From a virus (lineage: Duplodnaviria > Heunggongvirae > Uroviricota > Caudoviricetes), in IMG/VR virus record IMGVR_UViG_2537561825_000012: a stretch of 37,368 bases of DNA; one strand, 5' to 3'. Positions 26,652-35,237 of this stretch are shown piece after piece. The notes below the pieces were generated by a model, which made no database searches, was not told the origin of the DNA, and saw only the letters and a program-made list of their open reading frames with translations. The position numbers and the translations under genes were made by a program. Every line of letters begins with the position of its first letter. Position 1 is the first letter of the stretch.

Positions 26652-27031
26652 CGCATAATCCGGGATACGCATTCAGCGATGACTGCATTTTCACCGGTTT
26701 TTACTGCATCCAGAAGTGACTCTTTAAATGGTACGGGCCGGGGCTGCAGAAAGGTCGGCATGGCATTGAGCAGACAGAGCGTTTTTTCCGTGAGGACGAC
26801 ATCAGCCGCTCCCACAGCCAGCAACTGAGAGTAACGAATATAGCTGTTATCCCGAAGCCATATCAGCGTATCAATAAAACACCGGCACTTTTTCTGGTCG
26901 TGATCAACCTGGTCCGGGATATCGAAAAAACCAGAATAAATCAAAACCTGAGGTGCCGGATGCGTGTTCAGTAATCGGCAGAATATTTTGCCGGTGAGTA
27001 CATAAAAATCATCATTTAAGGAGTGCATCAT
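26627..27031 (-). CDS. Hypothetical 134-aa protein, antisense to the surrounding plus-strand module
   Basis: Only long ORF covering the 380-bp plus-strand gap in moderately AT-rich DNA; convergent 25-bp overlap with the upstream gene. Confidence 0.45.
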   Translation of the reverse strand: MMHSLNDDFYVLTGKIFCRLLNTHPAPQVLIYSGFFDIPDQVDHDQKKCRCFIDTLIWLRDNSYIRYSQLLAVGAADVVLTEKTLCLLNAMPTFLQPRPVPFKESLLDAVKTGENAVIAECVSRIMRYVFNERK

Positions 27032-27245
27032 GAATCCCCGATTAACGTTAACAGAACATCAGCGCCGTGCTGAAGCAGTGAACAATGTTCTGGAAGATAT
27101 TATCCGGTTATACCGCGGAGAACTGAGTGTCTGTCGTGCCGCTTTTCATTTTCAGGGAATACAAAAGCAGTTTGATACTTCTGTTTTTGCAGAAGGTATT
27201 ACTTATGCCCTGGACCGGATAAGGTCAGAAAATCGCCCCGGATAA
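27030..27245 (+). CDS. Hypothetical 71-aa protein
   Basis: ATG with AAGGAG 6 nt upstream. Confidence 0.5.
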   Translation: MNPRLTLTEHQRRAEAVNNVLEDIIRLYRGELSVCRAAFHFQGIQKQFDTSVFAEGITYALDRIRSENRPG

Positions 27246-27300
27246 TCCCTAAACCACATTAACAGAAATCCCGCCATCCCTGCCGCATCATGAAAGAACG

Positions 27301-27330
27301 ACCAGCCCGGCACCCGAAAGCCGGGCTGGT
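27301..27330. other. Perfect 11-bp GC-rich stem-loop between the 71-aa ORF and the methyltransferase gene
   Basis: ACCAGCCCGGC-acccgaaa-GCCGGGCTGGT; no clean U-tract on the plus strand, UUCUUUC on the minus strand. Confidence 0.4.
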
Positions 27331-27435
27331 CATCGCCCCACAGGAATGCGCTGTGAGCCGACCAAGGTTCAGTCAGTCTCGCGAGACCTGACCAGACTGC
27401 CATATTTTTTAATAATTGTAAAAGGCTTGCAGATT

Positions 27436-28200
27436 ATGAAAATGCAGACATTACCCATCGTGCCGTGGATTGGTGGCAAACGCCGCCTTGCAAAACACAT
27501 TCTGCCGCTGTTTCCGGCGCATGAATGTTATGTGGAGCCGTTTTGTGGGGCAGCAGCGCTCTATTTTCTTAAGACACCCGGCAAGATCGAAGTCATCAAT
27601 GATATCAACGGTGAACTGGTGAATCTGTACCGGGTGGTAAAGCATCACCTGGAAGAATTTGTCCGCCAGTTCAAATGGGCGCTGGTCAGCCGTCAGATCT
27701 ACAAATGGCTGCAGATCACCCCGGAAGAAACACTGACGGATATCCAGCGTGCGGCACGGTTCTACTACCTTCAGAAGCAGGCGTTTGGCGGCAAGGTGGC
27801 AGAGCACAGCTTCGGTACCTCCACCACATCCCCGCCACGCTTCAACCTGCTACGTATTGAAGAAGAACTGTCAGCGGCACACCTGCGGCTTTCCAGAACA
27901 GTCATAGAACACATGGACTGGCAACAGTGCATTGAGCGTTATGATCGTCCGCACACGCTGTTCTACTGCGACCCACCGTACCTGGGTACGGAAGGCTATG
28001 GTGTGGATTTTCCTGAAGGGAACTACTCGCGGCTGGCAGAGCTGGCCCGGTGCATCAGAGGAAAAATGATAATTTCGGTGAACGACATCCCGCAGATGCG
28101 CGAGGTGTTCACTGGACTGAACATACAGACAGTGAATATCAACTACAGTCTGGCGGGTAAACCCACGCCGCGCCGTGAACTGCTAATCTGCAACTTCTGA
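27436..28200 (+). CDS. dam: DNA adenine methyltransferase, Dam family
   Basis: WIGGK, EPFCGAAA and CDPPY motifs; ATG at 27436 (the ORF-track start at 27346 is upstream). Confidence 0.8.
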   Translation: MKMQTLPIVPWIGGKRRLAKHILPLFPAHECYVEPFCGAAALYFLKTPGKIEVINDINGELVNLYRVVKHHLEEFVRQFKWALVSRQIYKWLQITPEETLTDIQRAARFYYLQKQAFGGKVAEHSFGTSTTSPPRFNLLRIEEELSAAHLRLSRTVIEHMDWQQCIERYDRPHTLFYCDPPYLGTEGYGVDFPEGNYSRLAELARCIRGKMIISVNDIPQMREVFTGLNIQTVNINYSLAGKPTPRRELLICNF

Positions 28201-28209
28201 AACAAAACC

Positions 28210-28232
28210 GGAAAGCACAATGCTTTCCGGTA
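28210..28232 (-). terminator. Intrinsic terminator between the convergent methyltransferase and repressor genes
   Basis: CCGGAAAGCA-caa-TGCTTTCCGG 10-bp stem; UUUUGUUU follows on the minus strand, so it terminates repressor-strand transcripts and possibly both directions. Confidence 0.55.
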
Positions 28233-28316
28233 AACCAAACAACTTCCACTATGTCACTGGCGATGTTTTCTGAAAGCATCCAGATCAACCACCTGTCCTT
28301 TGTGTCCGGGTCAGTA

Positions 28317-28673
28317 TCAGCCTGCGATTTTTCCTGGTTTTGGCTGAGTATAGAATCGCCCAATCTCAAGAAATGAGCGTTGTTGGTCTGGTGTCATGTC
28401 GTCAAAAGTATCTATTAGTTTTTGTTTTTCTGGGGAAATTTGATTCTGGTTTCTAGTCATACCATCTGTGCTCATTCCAGTGAGCAACCAATTTACATCA
28501 ACATTAAACTCTTGATGCATCTTTAACAGAAACTCCCCTCCAGGCATCGCCTTTCCATTTTCAATCTGACTGATACCACCATTAGAAATACCTAAACGAG
28601 CTGCAAATTCTCTCTGGTTCAACCCTGCTTTCTTCCTCACAGAAATAACGCGCTCTCCTATATCTTTGCTCAT
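28317..28673 (-). CDS. Prophage repressor, HTH XRE (CI/Cro-type)
   Basis: N-terminal HTH LNQREFAARLGISNGGISQIENG; divergent from the early operon; operator palindrome in the intergenic region. Confidence 0.8.
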   Translation of the reverse strand: MSKDIGERVISVRKKAGLNQREFAARLGISNGGISQIENGKAMPGGEFLLKMHQEFNVDVNWLLTGMSTDGMTRNQNQISPEKQKLIDTFDDMTPDQQRSFLEIGRFYTQPKPGKIAG

Positions 28674-28696
28674 AAAAGTGAATCTCTATCTTGATA

Positions 28697-28714
28697 TGCT
28701 CATAATTATGAGCA
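28697..28714. promoter_or_regulatory. Operator: perfect 18-bp palindrome between -35 and -10 of the early promoter
   Basis: TGCTCATAATTATGAGCA, flanked by TTGATA (28691-28696) and AATAAT (28714-28719); a half-site copy TGCTCATAA lies at 28667-28675 over the repressor start codon. Confidence 0.6.
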
Positions 28715-28766
28715 ATAATCTAACACATATAAGGCAAACATCATTGCATCAACAAAGGAGACAACG

Positions 28767-28955
28767 ATGACTGCAGAACAAGTCAAAGCTCTCTTCCGCC
28801 AGCGCGGGATCACTTTCACCCGCTGGGCAGAAGAAAACGGCTACAACCGCAATGAGGTATACCGCGTTCTCAACGGGCAGACCAAAGCCCGTTACGGTAA
28901 ATCCCATGAAATCGCCGTGAAGTTGGGACTGAAATCAACAGCTCAGGCGGCCTAA
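28767..28955 (+). CDS. Small DNA-binding protein at the Ner/Cro position
   Basis: 62 aa; AAGGAG RBS; first gene of the early operon, divergent from the repressor. Confidence 0.6.
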   Translation: MTAEQVKALFRQRGITFTRWAEENGYNRNEVYRVLNGQTKARYGKSHEIAVKLGLKSTAQAA

Positions 28956-29001
28956 ATATTTTGAGTCTTTGTAAAAGGTTATCACATATCGCAAAAGAGG
29001 T

Positions 29002-29316
29002 ATGCAGATGAGTAAGACGAATGTTTCAAGCTCCGGCAGTCGCATCCTCCGGGTACTCAAAGCGCTGCGCGGTCATGCCCTGAACGGTATTTCTAACGGT
29101 GAACTGGCGACAGCACTGCACGAGTCACCGGCAAACATCAACCGGGCACTCAACACCCTCATTGAAGAAGGGCTGGCTCTGAAACTGGAGAACGGACGTT
29201 TTGCACCGGGCATCCAGTTACTGCAGATCGCCATGGCCCACAGTAACGAGATGGCACGTGCACAGGATCGTATTAACGAAATTAACCAACGTGTCATTTC
29301 AGGTAGTCGTTTGTAA
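29002..29316 (+). CDS. Winged-helix transcriptional regulator-like protein
   Basis: 104 aa with an IclR-like N-terminal HTH pattern (GISNGELATALHESPANINRALNTLIEEG); likely start at the second ATG, 29008. Confidence 0.5.
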   Translation: MQMSKTNVSSSGSRILRVLKALRGHALNGISNGELATALHESPANINRALNTLIEEGLALKLENGRFAPGIQLLQIAMAHSNEMARAQDRINEINQRVISGSRL

Positions 29317-29326
29317 GGAGTAATCA

Positions 29327-30247
29327 ATGGGACGTACCAAATCACCGATTAACACTGAACTGAACGCCGATGTACCGCTGTCGGATGATCTCAACGTCAG
29401 CCTGAATGCCATGACACAGCATCGCATGGAGATCATGCAGCAGTTTGGTGATGGACTGCCTTATGAACGTGAACGCATCGTTCACGAAGCACGTTTTTAT
29501 ATGGCGCAGAGTGCTGAATCTATGTTGGAAGCGGGTAAGCGGCTGATCATCTTAAAAGAAAATGAACCGCATGGTGATTTCACAAATATTCTGGAAAACG
29601 ACCTCGGATTAGCACCACAGGTAGCTCGTCGCATGATGCAGGCCAGCGTGAAATTTCTCGGCAATGGAGATGAACAGCCAAAACGCTCAGCGCTGAGCGT
29701 TTTGGGAAAAACCAAGTTATATGAACTGATGGTTCTGGATGACGAAGAACTCGACGCATTAGCTGATGGTGGAACCGTCGCCGGTGCAACGCTTGATGAT
29801 ATTGATCGCATGACCAGCCGCGAACTGAAGGCCGCCCTGCGTGAAGCGCGCGAAACCAACGCAGCTCAGCAACAGGTGCTTGCCGGAAAGGACGAAAAAA
29901 TCAACGAACTGGCCACAAAACTGGAGAAGAAATCGCGCCTGCAACCTCCGCCGCCAGACGAAGAACTGAAAAAATTGCGGGCGGAAGTGACGGCATTAGC
30001 GGTTGAGGCCGAATCGGCTATCGCCGTCCGGCTGTCCAGTGTTTTTGAGACCCTGTGTGAATACTGCACCAAAAACATGATCGATACCCCCAGAGATTTC
30101 ATGGCCGGTCTGGTCTGCCAGATTGAACGCAGTGTTCATGCATTACGTGAGACGTTTGACCTTGAGGCCGCTCCATCGGGTAACGATGCCCCCGCCTGGC
30201 TGACCGAACCGGAACCTGAAATCAACCGACCGGAGGATATGCAGTAA
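29327..30247 (+). CDS. Hypothetical protein (acidic, coiled-coil rich)
   Basis: 306 aa ORF with AAGGAG RBS. Confidence 0.6.
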   Translation: MGRTKSPINTELNADVPLSDDLNVSLNAMTQHRMEIMQQFGDGLPYERERIVHEARFYMAQSAESMLEAGKRLIILKENEPHGDFTNILENDLGLAPQVARRMMQASVKFLGNGDEQPKRSALSVLGKTKLYELMVLDDEELDALADGGTVAGATLDDIDRMTSRELKAALREARETNAAQQQVLAGKDEKINELATKLEKKSRLQPPPPDEELKKLRAEVTALAVEAESAIAVRLSSVFETLCEYCTKNMIDTPRDFMAGLVCQIERSVHALRETFDLEAAPSGNDAPAWLTEPEPEINRPEDMQ

Positions 30248-30564
30248 TGAATACGAATAACACACAAAATACCCTGATGGACAGCCCGGAGGCACTGGGG
30301 CACGCACTGTGTAATCTGCTGCCGGAGATGGTGCAGGGTTTCCGCGTGGTGACCCCTTCCGGTGAAATCTGCGTACCCGCACAGGAGACGCACCCGTTTG
30401 TACTGACGATGGAGGTGATGCTGATGCAGCAGATAAGACGTCTGCAGAATCAGTCAGCATTACGCCCGGTAGTTGCACCGCAACCGGTAAATACCGTGGT
30501 GAAAACCTGCGATGGCGAAACACTGTGCGACCTCGCCAGAAAAATTGCCGCCAGAATCGGATAA
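30247..30564 (+). CDS. Hypothetical protein
   Basis: 105 aa, start overlaps upstream stop (TAATG), GGAGGA RBS. Confidence 0.55.
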   Translation: MNTNNTQNTLMDSPEALGHALCNLLPEMVQGFRVVTPSGEICVPAQETHPFVLTMEVMLMQQIRRLQNQSALRPVVAPQPVNTVVKTCDGETLCDLARKIAARIG

Positions 30565-30579
30565 CAGGGAAGACAAGCT

Positions 30580-32349
30580 ATGACCCCGGCACTGACTGAA
30601 AAACTGGTTGAAACAGCCCGCGCGGCACGTGACGCGGGGCATGGTAAACGCGGTGCAATATACGACGCTGCCTGTGCTGAACTTGGCATGTCCCGCGCCA
30701 CTCTGCTGCGCAGGCTGAAGGAGGTATCTGTGACTGATAAACGCAAAAAACGCGCCGATGCCGGGCGCAGCGCCCTGACCCGCGACGAAGCCGCGCTGAT
30801 ATCTGCCACACTGCGTGAGGCCACCCGCAAGAACGGTAAGCGTCTCTATTCCATCGCAGATGCAGTGGAAACCCTGCGGGCTAACGGCTTTATCACCGCA
30901 GGCAGAACAGATGAAACCACCAGTGAGTTTTTCCCGTTGTCTGAAGATGCCATCAGCCGTGCTCTGCGTAACTATGGCCTGCACCCGGAACAACTGGATG
31001 CCCCTGCACCACATACCGAAGTGGCCAGTCTGCATCCCAATCATGTCTGGCAGATTGACGCCTCACTCTGCACGCTTTACTACCTGAGCAATGGACATAA
31101 AGGGCTGCAGGTGATGGACAGCGCGAAGTTCTACAAGAACAAGCCCGCTAACCTTGCCCGTATCGCCAGTGACCGCGTGTGGAGTTACGAGATTACCGAC
31201 CATGCCAGCGGCTGGATTTACGTTGAGTATGTGACGGGCGCGGAATCAGGTGAGAACCTGTGTTCTGTGCTTATCAACGCCATGCAGGAGCGTGGCGGCG
31301 CAGACGTGCTGCACGGCGTGCCGAAAATACTCTATCTCGACCCCGGCTCGGCAAACACCGCGGGTATGACGAAAAACATGTGCCGCTCACTGGGCATCGA
31401 CCTGATAGCGCACAAGCCGCATAACGCCCGCGCCACCGGACAGGTGGAAAAGGCGCGTGACATTATCGAACGCAAGCTGGAGCCGGGTCTGAAGTTCCGG
31501 CCGGTTCACAGTCTGGAAGAACTCAACGCGCTGGCCGCGAAATGGCGCAGCCACTTTAACGCCACGGCTGTTCACAGCCGCCACGGTAAAACCCGCACGG
31601 ATATCTGGCTGAAGATTACTGCTGAGCAGCTGAAAAAAGCGCCTTCCGTTGAGGTATGTCGTGAACTGGCTGTGGCGGCACCAGAACTCCGCAAAGTCAC
31701 GCCAAAACTTCGTGTCTCGTTCCGGGGCACTGAATTTGACGTATCAACGGTACCGGGCGTACTGGTTGGTGAAAAACTGATGATTACCCGTAACCCATGG
31801 CGCAGCGATGTGGCACAGGTGGTTCTGACCGGTGAGGACGGCCACGAGACGTTCTTCCTGGTCGAAGAGGTCAGAAAGAACGAGTTTGGCTTTGCTGAAG
31901 GCGCGGCGGTATTTGGCGAAAGTTACAAAGCCCTGCCGGAAACCCCGGCACAGATGGCGGCAAAAGAAACCGAAGCGCTGGTTACCGGTACAGACAACGC
32001 CGCAGATGCAGCCGCCGCACGCAAGGCGAAGGCGCTGCCGTTCGGCGGGCGGCTTGACCCGTATAAACATATCGACGACACCACACTTCCGGCCTATATG
32101 CCGAAGCGTGGTCAGGCCTCTGACGTACGCGGGCCGCGCACTGAACAACGTCCCATGACTCATGTGGAGGCCGCGAAAGCCCTGCGCGATAAGTTCAGCG
32201 CCGACGGCCTTACCTGGACGCCGGAACATTACCGCCAGTTAACGGCACAGTACCCGGACGGCGTACCGGAAGCCGCACTGGATGAAGTCATGGCCACGCT
32301 GACCACACCGGCCCGCAGCAGTGTTATCAGCATTGTTAACGGCAACTGA
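30580..32349 (+). CDS. DDE transposase (Mu A-like)
   Basis: 589 aa; integrase-type catalytic core pattern (HVWQIDAS..., YLDPGSANT...); directly followed by the AAA+ B-like gene. Confidence 0.8.
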   Translation: MTPALTEKLVETARAARDAGHGKRGAIYDAACAELGMSRATLLRRLKEVSVTDKRKKRADAGRSALTRDEAALISATLREATRKNGKRLYSIADAVETLRANGFITAGRTDETTSEFFPLSEDAISRALRNYGLHPEQLDAPAPHTEVASLHPNHVWQIDASLCTLYYLSNGHKGLQVMDSAKFYKNKPANLARIASDRVWSYEITDHASGWIYVEYVTGAESGENLCSVLINAMQERGGADVLHGVPKILYLDPGSANTAGMTKNMCRSLGIDLIAHKPHNARATGQVEKARDIIERKLEPGLKFRPVHSLEELNALAAKWRSHFNATAVHSRHGKTRTDIWLKITAEQLKKAPSVEVCRELAVAAPELRKVTPKLRVSFRGTEFDVSTVPGVLVGEKLMITRNPWRSDVAQVVLTGEDGHETFFLVEEVRKNEFGFAEGAAVFGESYKALPETPAQMAAKETEALVTGTDNAADAAAARKAKALPFGGRLDPYKHIDDTTLPAYMPKRGQASDVRGPRTEQRPMTHVEAAKALRDKFSADGLTWTPEHYRQLTAQYPDGVPEAALDEVMATLTTPARSSVISIVNGN

Positions 32350-32359
32350 GGAGGGAAAC

Positions 32360-33526
32360 ATGCTGGTACTGAAGCAGCAACTGAAAGAGGCCCGTATTCC
32401 ACAGGCGGTGGTGGCGAGAGCTGTCGATGTTTCTGAGGCCACGCTGGCCCAGATTGTGAATCATAACGCGTGGCCCCGCACCAGCCCCGGAGAAGTGCGC
32501 CGGCGTCTTGCGTCCTGGCTGGAAAGTCAGGGGATTGATACAACGAAGAGTTTTGATGCTGTACAGGGCGCGGCCACGCCCCGTACAGCGGGTACCACAG
32601 ATAAAACGAGCCTCAGTGAGGAAGAGAATATGTTACTCAAAAAACAGGTGTTATTTCCAGCAACCAAAAAAGCGTTTGGTCTTTTCCGTGACCCGTTCGC
32701 CGACGAAGCCATGCAGGGTTCTGATGATGTGTTCACCACCCCGGATATTCGCTACGTGCGTGAGGCGTTGTACCAGACAGCCCGTCATGGTGGGTTTATG
32801 GCCGTCATCGGTGAGTCCGGTGCGGGTAAATCCACGCTGCGCCGCGACCTGACTGAACGTATCACCCGCGAGAATGCGCCGGTAATTGTTATCGAGCCAT
32901 ACATCATCGCTATGGAAGACAACGATGTGAAAGGGAAAACCCTGAAGGCAGCAGCGATTGCCGAAGCCATTATCAGTACCATCGCACCACTGGAAAGCAT
33001 CAGACGCAGTCAGGACGCCCGCTTTCGCCAGTTGCATCGCGTCCTGAAAGACAGCAGCCAGGCGGGGTTCAGCCACGTTCTGGTGATTGAGGAGGCCCAC
33101 AGTCTGCCCATTCCGACACTGAAACACCTCAAACGCTTTTTTGAGCTGGAGTCCGGTTTCAAAAAACTGCTGTCCATCGTGCTGATTGGCCAGCCGGAAC
33201 TGGCGACAAAACTGTCTGAACGCAATATGGAAGTCCGTGAAGTCGTTCAGCGCTGTGAGGTGGTCGAACTTCTGCCTCTGGACAATAACCTTGAAGAGTT
33301 TCTGACGTTCAAACTGCAACGGGCCGGTAAACAACTGACGGACATTATGGACGCCAGCGCAGTGGATGCCATACGTGCCCGCCTGAGCAATCCGGGAAGT
33401 CATCGTAAAAATATGGTCAGCCTGCTGTATCCGCTGGCCGTCAGTAACCTGGTAATAGCCGCCATGAATCTGGCCGCTGAAATCGGGGTTCCACAGGTCA
33501 ACGCTGACGTTGTCAAAGGGGTTTAA
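32360..33526 (+). CDS. AAA+ ATPase transposition protein (Mu B-like)
   Basis: ATG at 32360 after GAGGAGGG; N-terminal HTH, Walker A GESGAGKST, Walker B VLVIEEAH. Confidence 0.8.
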   Translation: MLVLKQQLKEARIPQAVVARAVDVSEATLAQIVNHNAWPRTSPGEVRRRLASWLESQGIDTTKSFDAVQGAATPRTAGTTDKTSLSEEENMLLKKQVLFPATKKAFGLFRDPFADEAMQGSDDVFTTPDIRYVREALYQTARHGGFMAVIGESGAGKSTLRRDLTERITRENAPVIVIEPYIIAMEDNDVKGKTLKAAAIAEAIISTIAPLESIRRSQDARFRQLHRVLKDSSQAGFSHVLVIEEAHSLPIPTLKHLKRFFELESGFKKLLSIVLIGQPELATKLSERNMEVREVVQRCEVVELLPLDNNLEEFLTFKLQRAGKQLTDIMDASAVDAIRARLSNPGSHRKNMVSLLYPLAVSNLVIAAMNLAAEIGVPQVNADVVKGV

Positions 33527-33528
33527 TA

Positions 33529-33798
33529 ATGAAATCCACCACAGGTATCAACCAGCAAATCAGCAAAGTGCAGTCAGCCATTATGGCGCTTAAGGCGACG
33601 AACACGGATGTACAAAGCATCACCATCAGGGGTAACAAACCTGTCATCCGCGTTTCCCGGAGTGCGCATTGCATGCGCATGCTTGAGCAGGGAAAGGCCT
33701 GTTATCTGTATACCGGTCATGACCACAGGGGACATTTCCGTCAGGGCGTTTTCGAACTGCACGGCTGTCGCGTCGTGTGGCCGGAATCTTTGTGGTAA
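33529..33798 (+). CDS. Hypothetical protein (Mu kil position)
   Basis: 89 aa ORF with RBS, between B-like and Gam-like genes. Confidence 0.5.
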   Translation: MKSTTGINQQISKVQSAIMALKATNTDVQSITIRGNKPVIRVSRSAHCMRMLEQGKACYLYTGHDHRGHFRQGVFELHGCRVVWPESLW

Positions 33799-33825
33799 TC
33801 AGCACAACAGGAGGAGTCATAAAAT

Positions 33826-34356
33826 ATGGCAAAAAGTACAAAAGGGGCAAAACGTATCAAAGCCGCAGCAGCACTCTGGGTGCCGGGGACACGCGAAGAG
33901 GTCATTGAGGGAATCAGACTGCTTGGTGACGCGCAACGTGAACTGGTCAGGGCTGAAACAGAAATGAATGACACCATTGGCGACATCACTGCACGTTATG
34001 CCCCGCTCACCGAGAGCCTGAAAAAACGCATGGCCGAACTGCAGTCCGGTATCCAGACATGGTGTGAGGCGCACCGTGATGAACTGACCGGCAACGGGAA
34101 GGTGAAGTTCGCTAACCTCACCCCCGGCGAGGTGCAGTGGCGAAACCGTCCGCCGTCAGTCAGCATTCGCGGGGCGGATAATGTCATTGAACTGCTGAGA
34201 CGTCTGGGGCTTGAGCGCTTTATTCGTGTAAAAGAGGAAATAAATAAAGACGCTATCCTGAATGAAAAAGAGGCCGTGAAAAATATTCCCGGTATTTCCA
34301 TTAAAAGCGACATTGAGGATTTTTCAATAATTCCTTTTGAGCAGGATGTGCAGTAA
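33826..34356 (+). CDS. gam: Host-nuclease inhibitor Gam-like protein
   Basis: 176 aa; AGGAGGAG RBS; size and position match Mu Gam. Confidence 0.7.
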   Translation: MAKSTKGAKRIKAAAALWVPGTREEVIEGIRLLGDAQRELVRAETEMNDTIGDITARYAPLTESLKKRMAELQSGIQTWCEAHRDELTGNGKVKFANLTPGEVQWRNRPPSVSIRGADNVIELLRRLGLERFIRVKEEINKDAILNEKEAVKNIPGISIKSDIEDFSIIPFEQDVQ

Positions 34357-34453
34357 ACACACCACGTTAATTATTTAATAAAAACATTTTCTTTTTTATT
34401 CCGACGTCAGCGCCGCGGGCTTCTGCACGCCGGAAACAGAGGAGAATTAAATC

Positions 34454-34648
34454 ATGATATTTAAATGTATTCAGTGCGAGAGGGATATAACAGCCCTGCG
34501 TTTTCACAGCGCCATCGCCGTGATGTCCGGTAAATACCACATCCCTGCGGTACGCGTCACCCTGGTCTGCCCGTACTGCAGCCAGCATTTTTCGGCAGAC
34601 GTGCCCGTCATGGAATTCTCCCGCCCTGACAGGGAGGACTCGCAATGA
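34454..34648 (+). CDS. Small zinc-ribbon protein (CxxC...CxxC)
   Basis: 64 aa with CIQC and CPYC pairs; GGAG RBS. Confidence 0.55.
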   Translation: MIFKCIQCERDITALRFHSAIAVMSGKYHIPAVRVTLVCPYCSQHFSADVPVMEFSRPDREDSQ

Positions 34649-34917
34649 TTACCCCACAGGAAGCACGACAGCGCACCCGAACCCTTGTTGAACACTATGT
34701 CAACGAGTGTGAATGCCGCGACCTCACCGATGTGAAGCACGTCCTGACGGCGCTAATCAGCATGACCGCTCAAGCCATTGTGGCGACCAACGGAAAGGCG
34801 GCTGCCCTGCAGGTACTGGTGAACACACTAACCCACACGGCAGCGCATGAGGTGCCGTACCGGATGGAAACCACTGCAGAAGGCGGCCTGCACATCACCG
34901 TCAGCCGGAAGCACTGA
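34645..34917 (+). CDS. Hypothetical protein
   Basis: 90 aa, ATGA overlap with upstream gene, AGGGAGGA RBS. Confidence 0.55.
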   Translation: MITPQEARQRTRTLVEHYVNECECRDLTDVKHVLTALISMTAQAIVATNGKAAALQVLVNTLTHTAAHEVPYRMETTAEGGLHITVSRKH

Positions 34918-34926
34918 GGGCGCGGC

Positions 34927-35223
34927 ATGACACGGAACACCATACTCACCCGCACCGCCCTCTACCGTCTGGCCCTGCAGCGTTTCGGGCCGGACGCACA
35001 GGCCCTGAAACTGACAGAAGAGGCCGCTGAACTGGCGGCCAGTGCTGCCCGCAATCTGAACGGACAGGGCAGCGAAAGCGACCTCGCGGCAGAGCTGGCA
35101 GACGTGGAAATCATGACAGAGCAATTGCGCCTTCAGGGGATGGACCGGCTGATTGACTTCCACAAACAGAAAAAACTGGAACGTCTGGCTGCACGACTGG
35201 GCGTGATTTACACGAACGAGTAA
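34927..35223 (+). CDS. MazG-like nucleotide pyrophosphohydrolase domain protein
   Basis: 98 aa all-helical; EEAAELAAS and ELADVEIM acidic motifs characteristic of MazG-type enzymes. Confidence 0.5.
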   Translation: MTRNTILTRTALYRLALQRFGPDAQALKLTEEAAELAASAARNLNGQGSESDLAAELADVEIMTEQLRLQGMDRLIDFHKQKKLERLAARLGVIYTNE

Positions 35224-35237
35224 CCGGGAGGCATTCA

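Noticed and set aside
28198-28240. Possible second phage end at the dam stop codon (TGAAACAAAACCGGAAAGCACAATGC)
   Set aside because: It lacks the repeated binding-site motifs seen at 747-824, and the sequence is fully explained as a stem-loop terminator between convergent genes; kept only as an alternative in the architecture finding.
28139-28369. 76-aa minus-strand ORF between dam and the repressor gene
   Set aside because: Overlaps the dam 3' end and the terminator hairpin; no RBS; most likely spurious.
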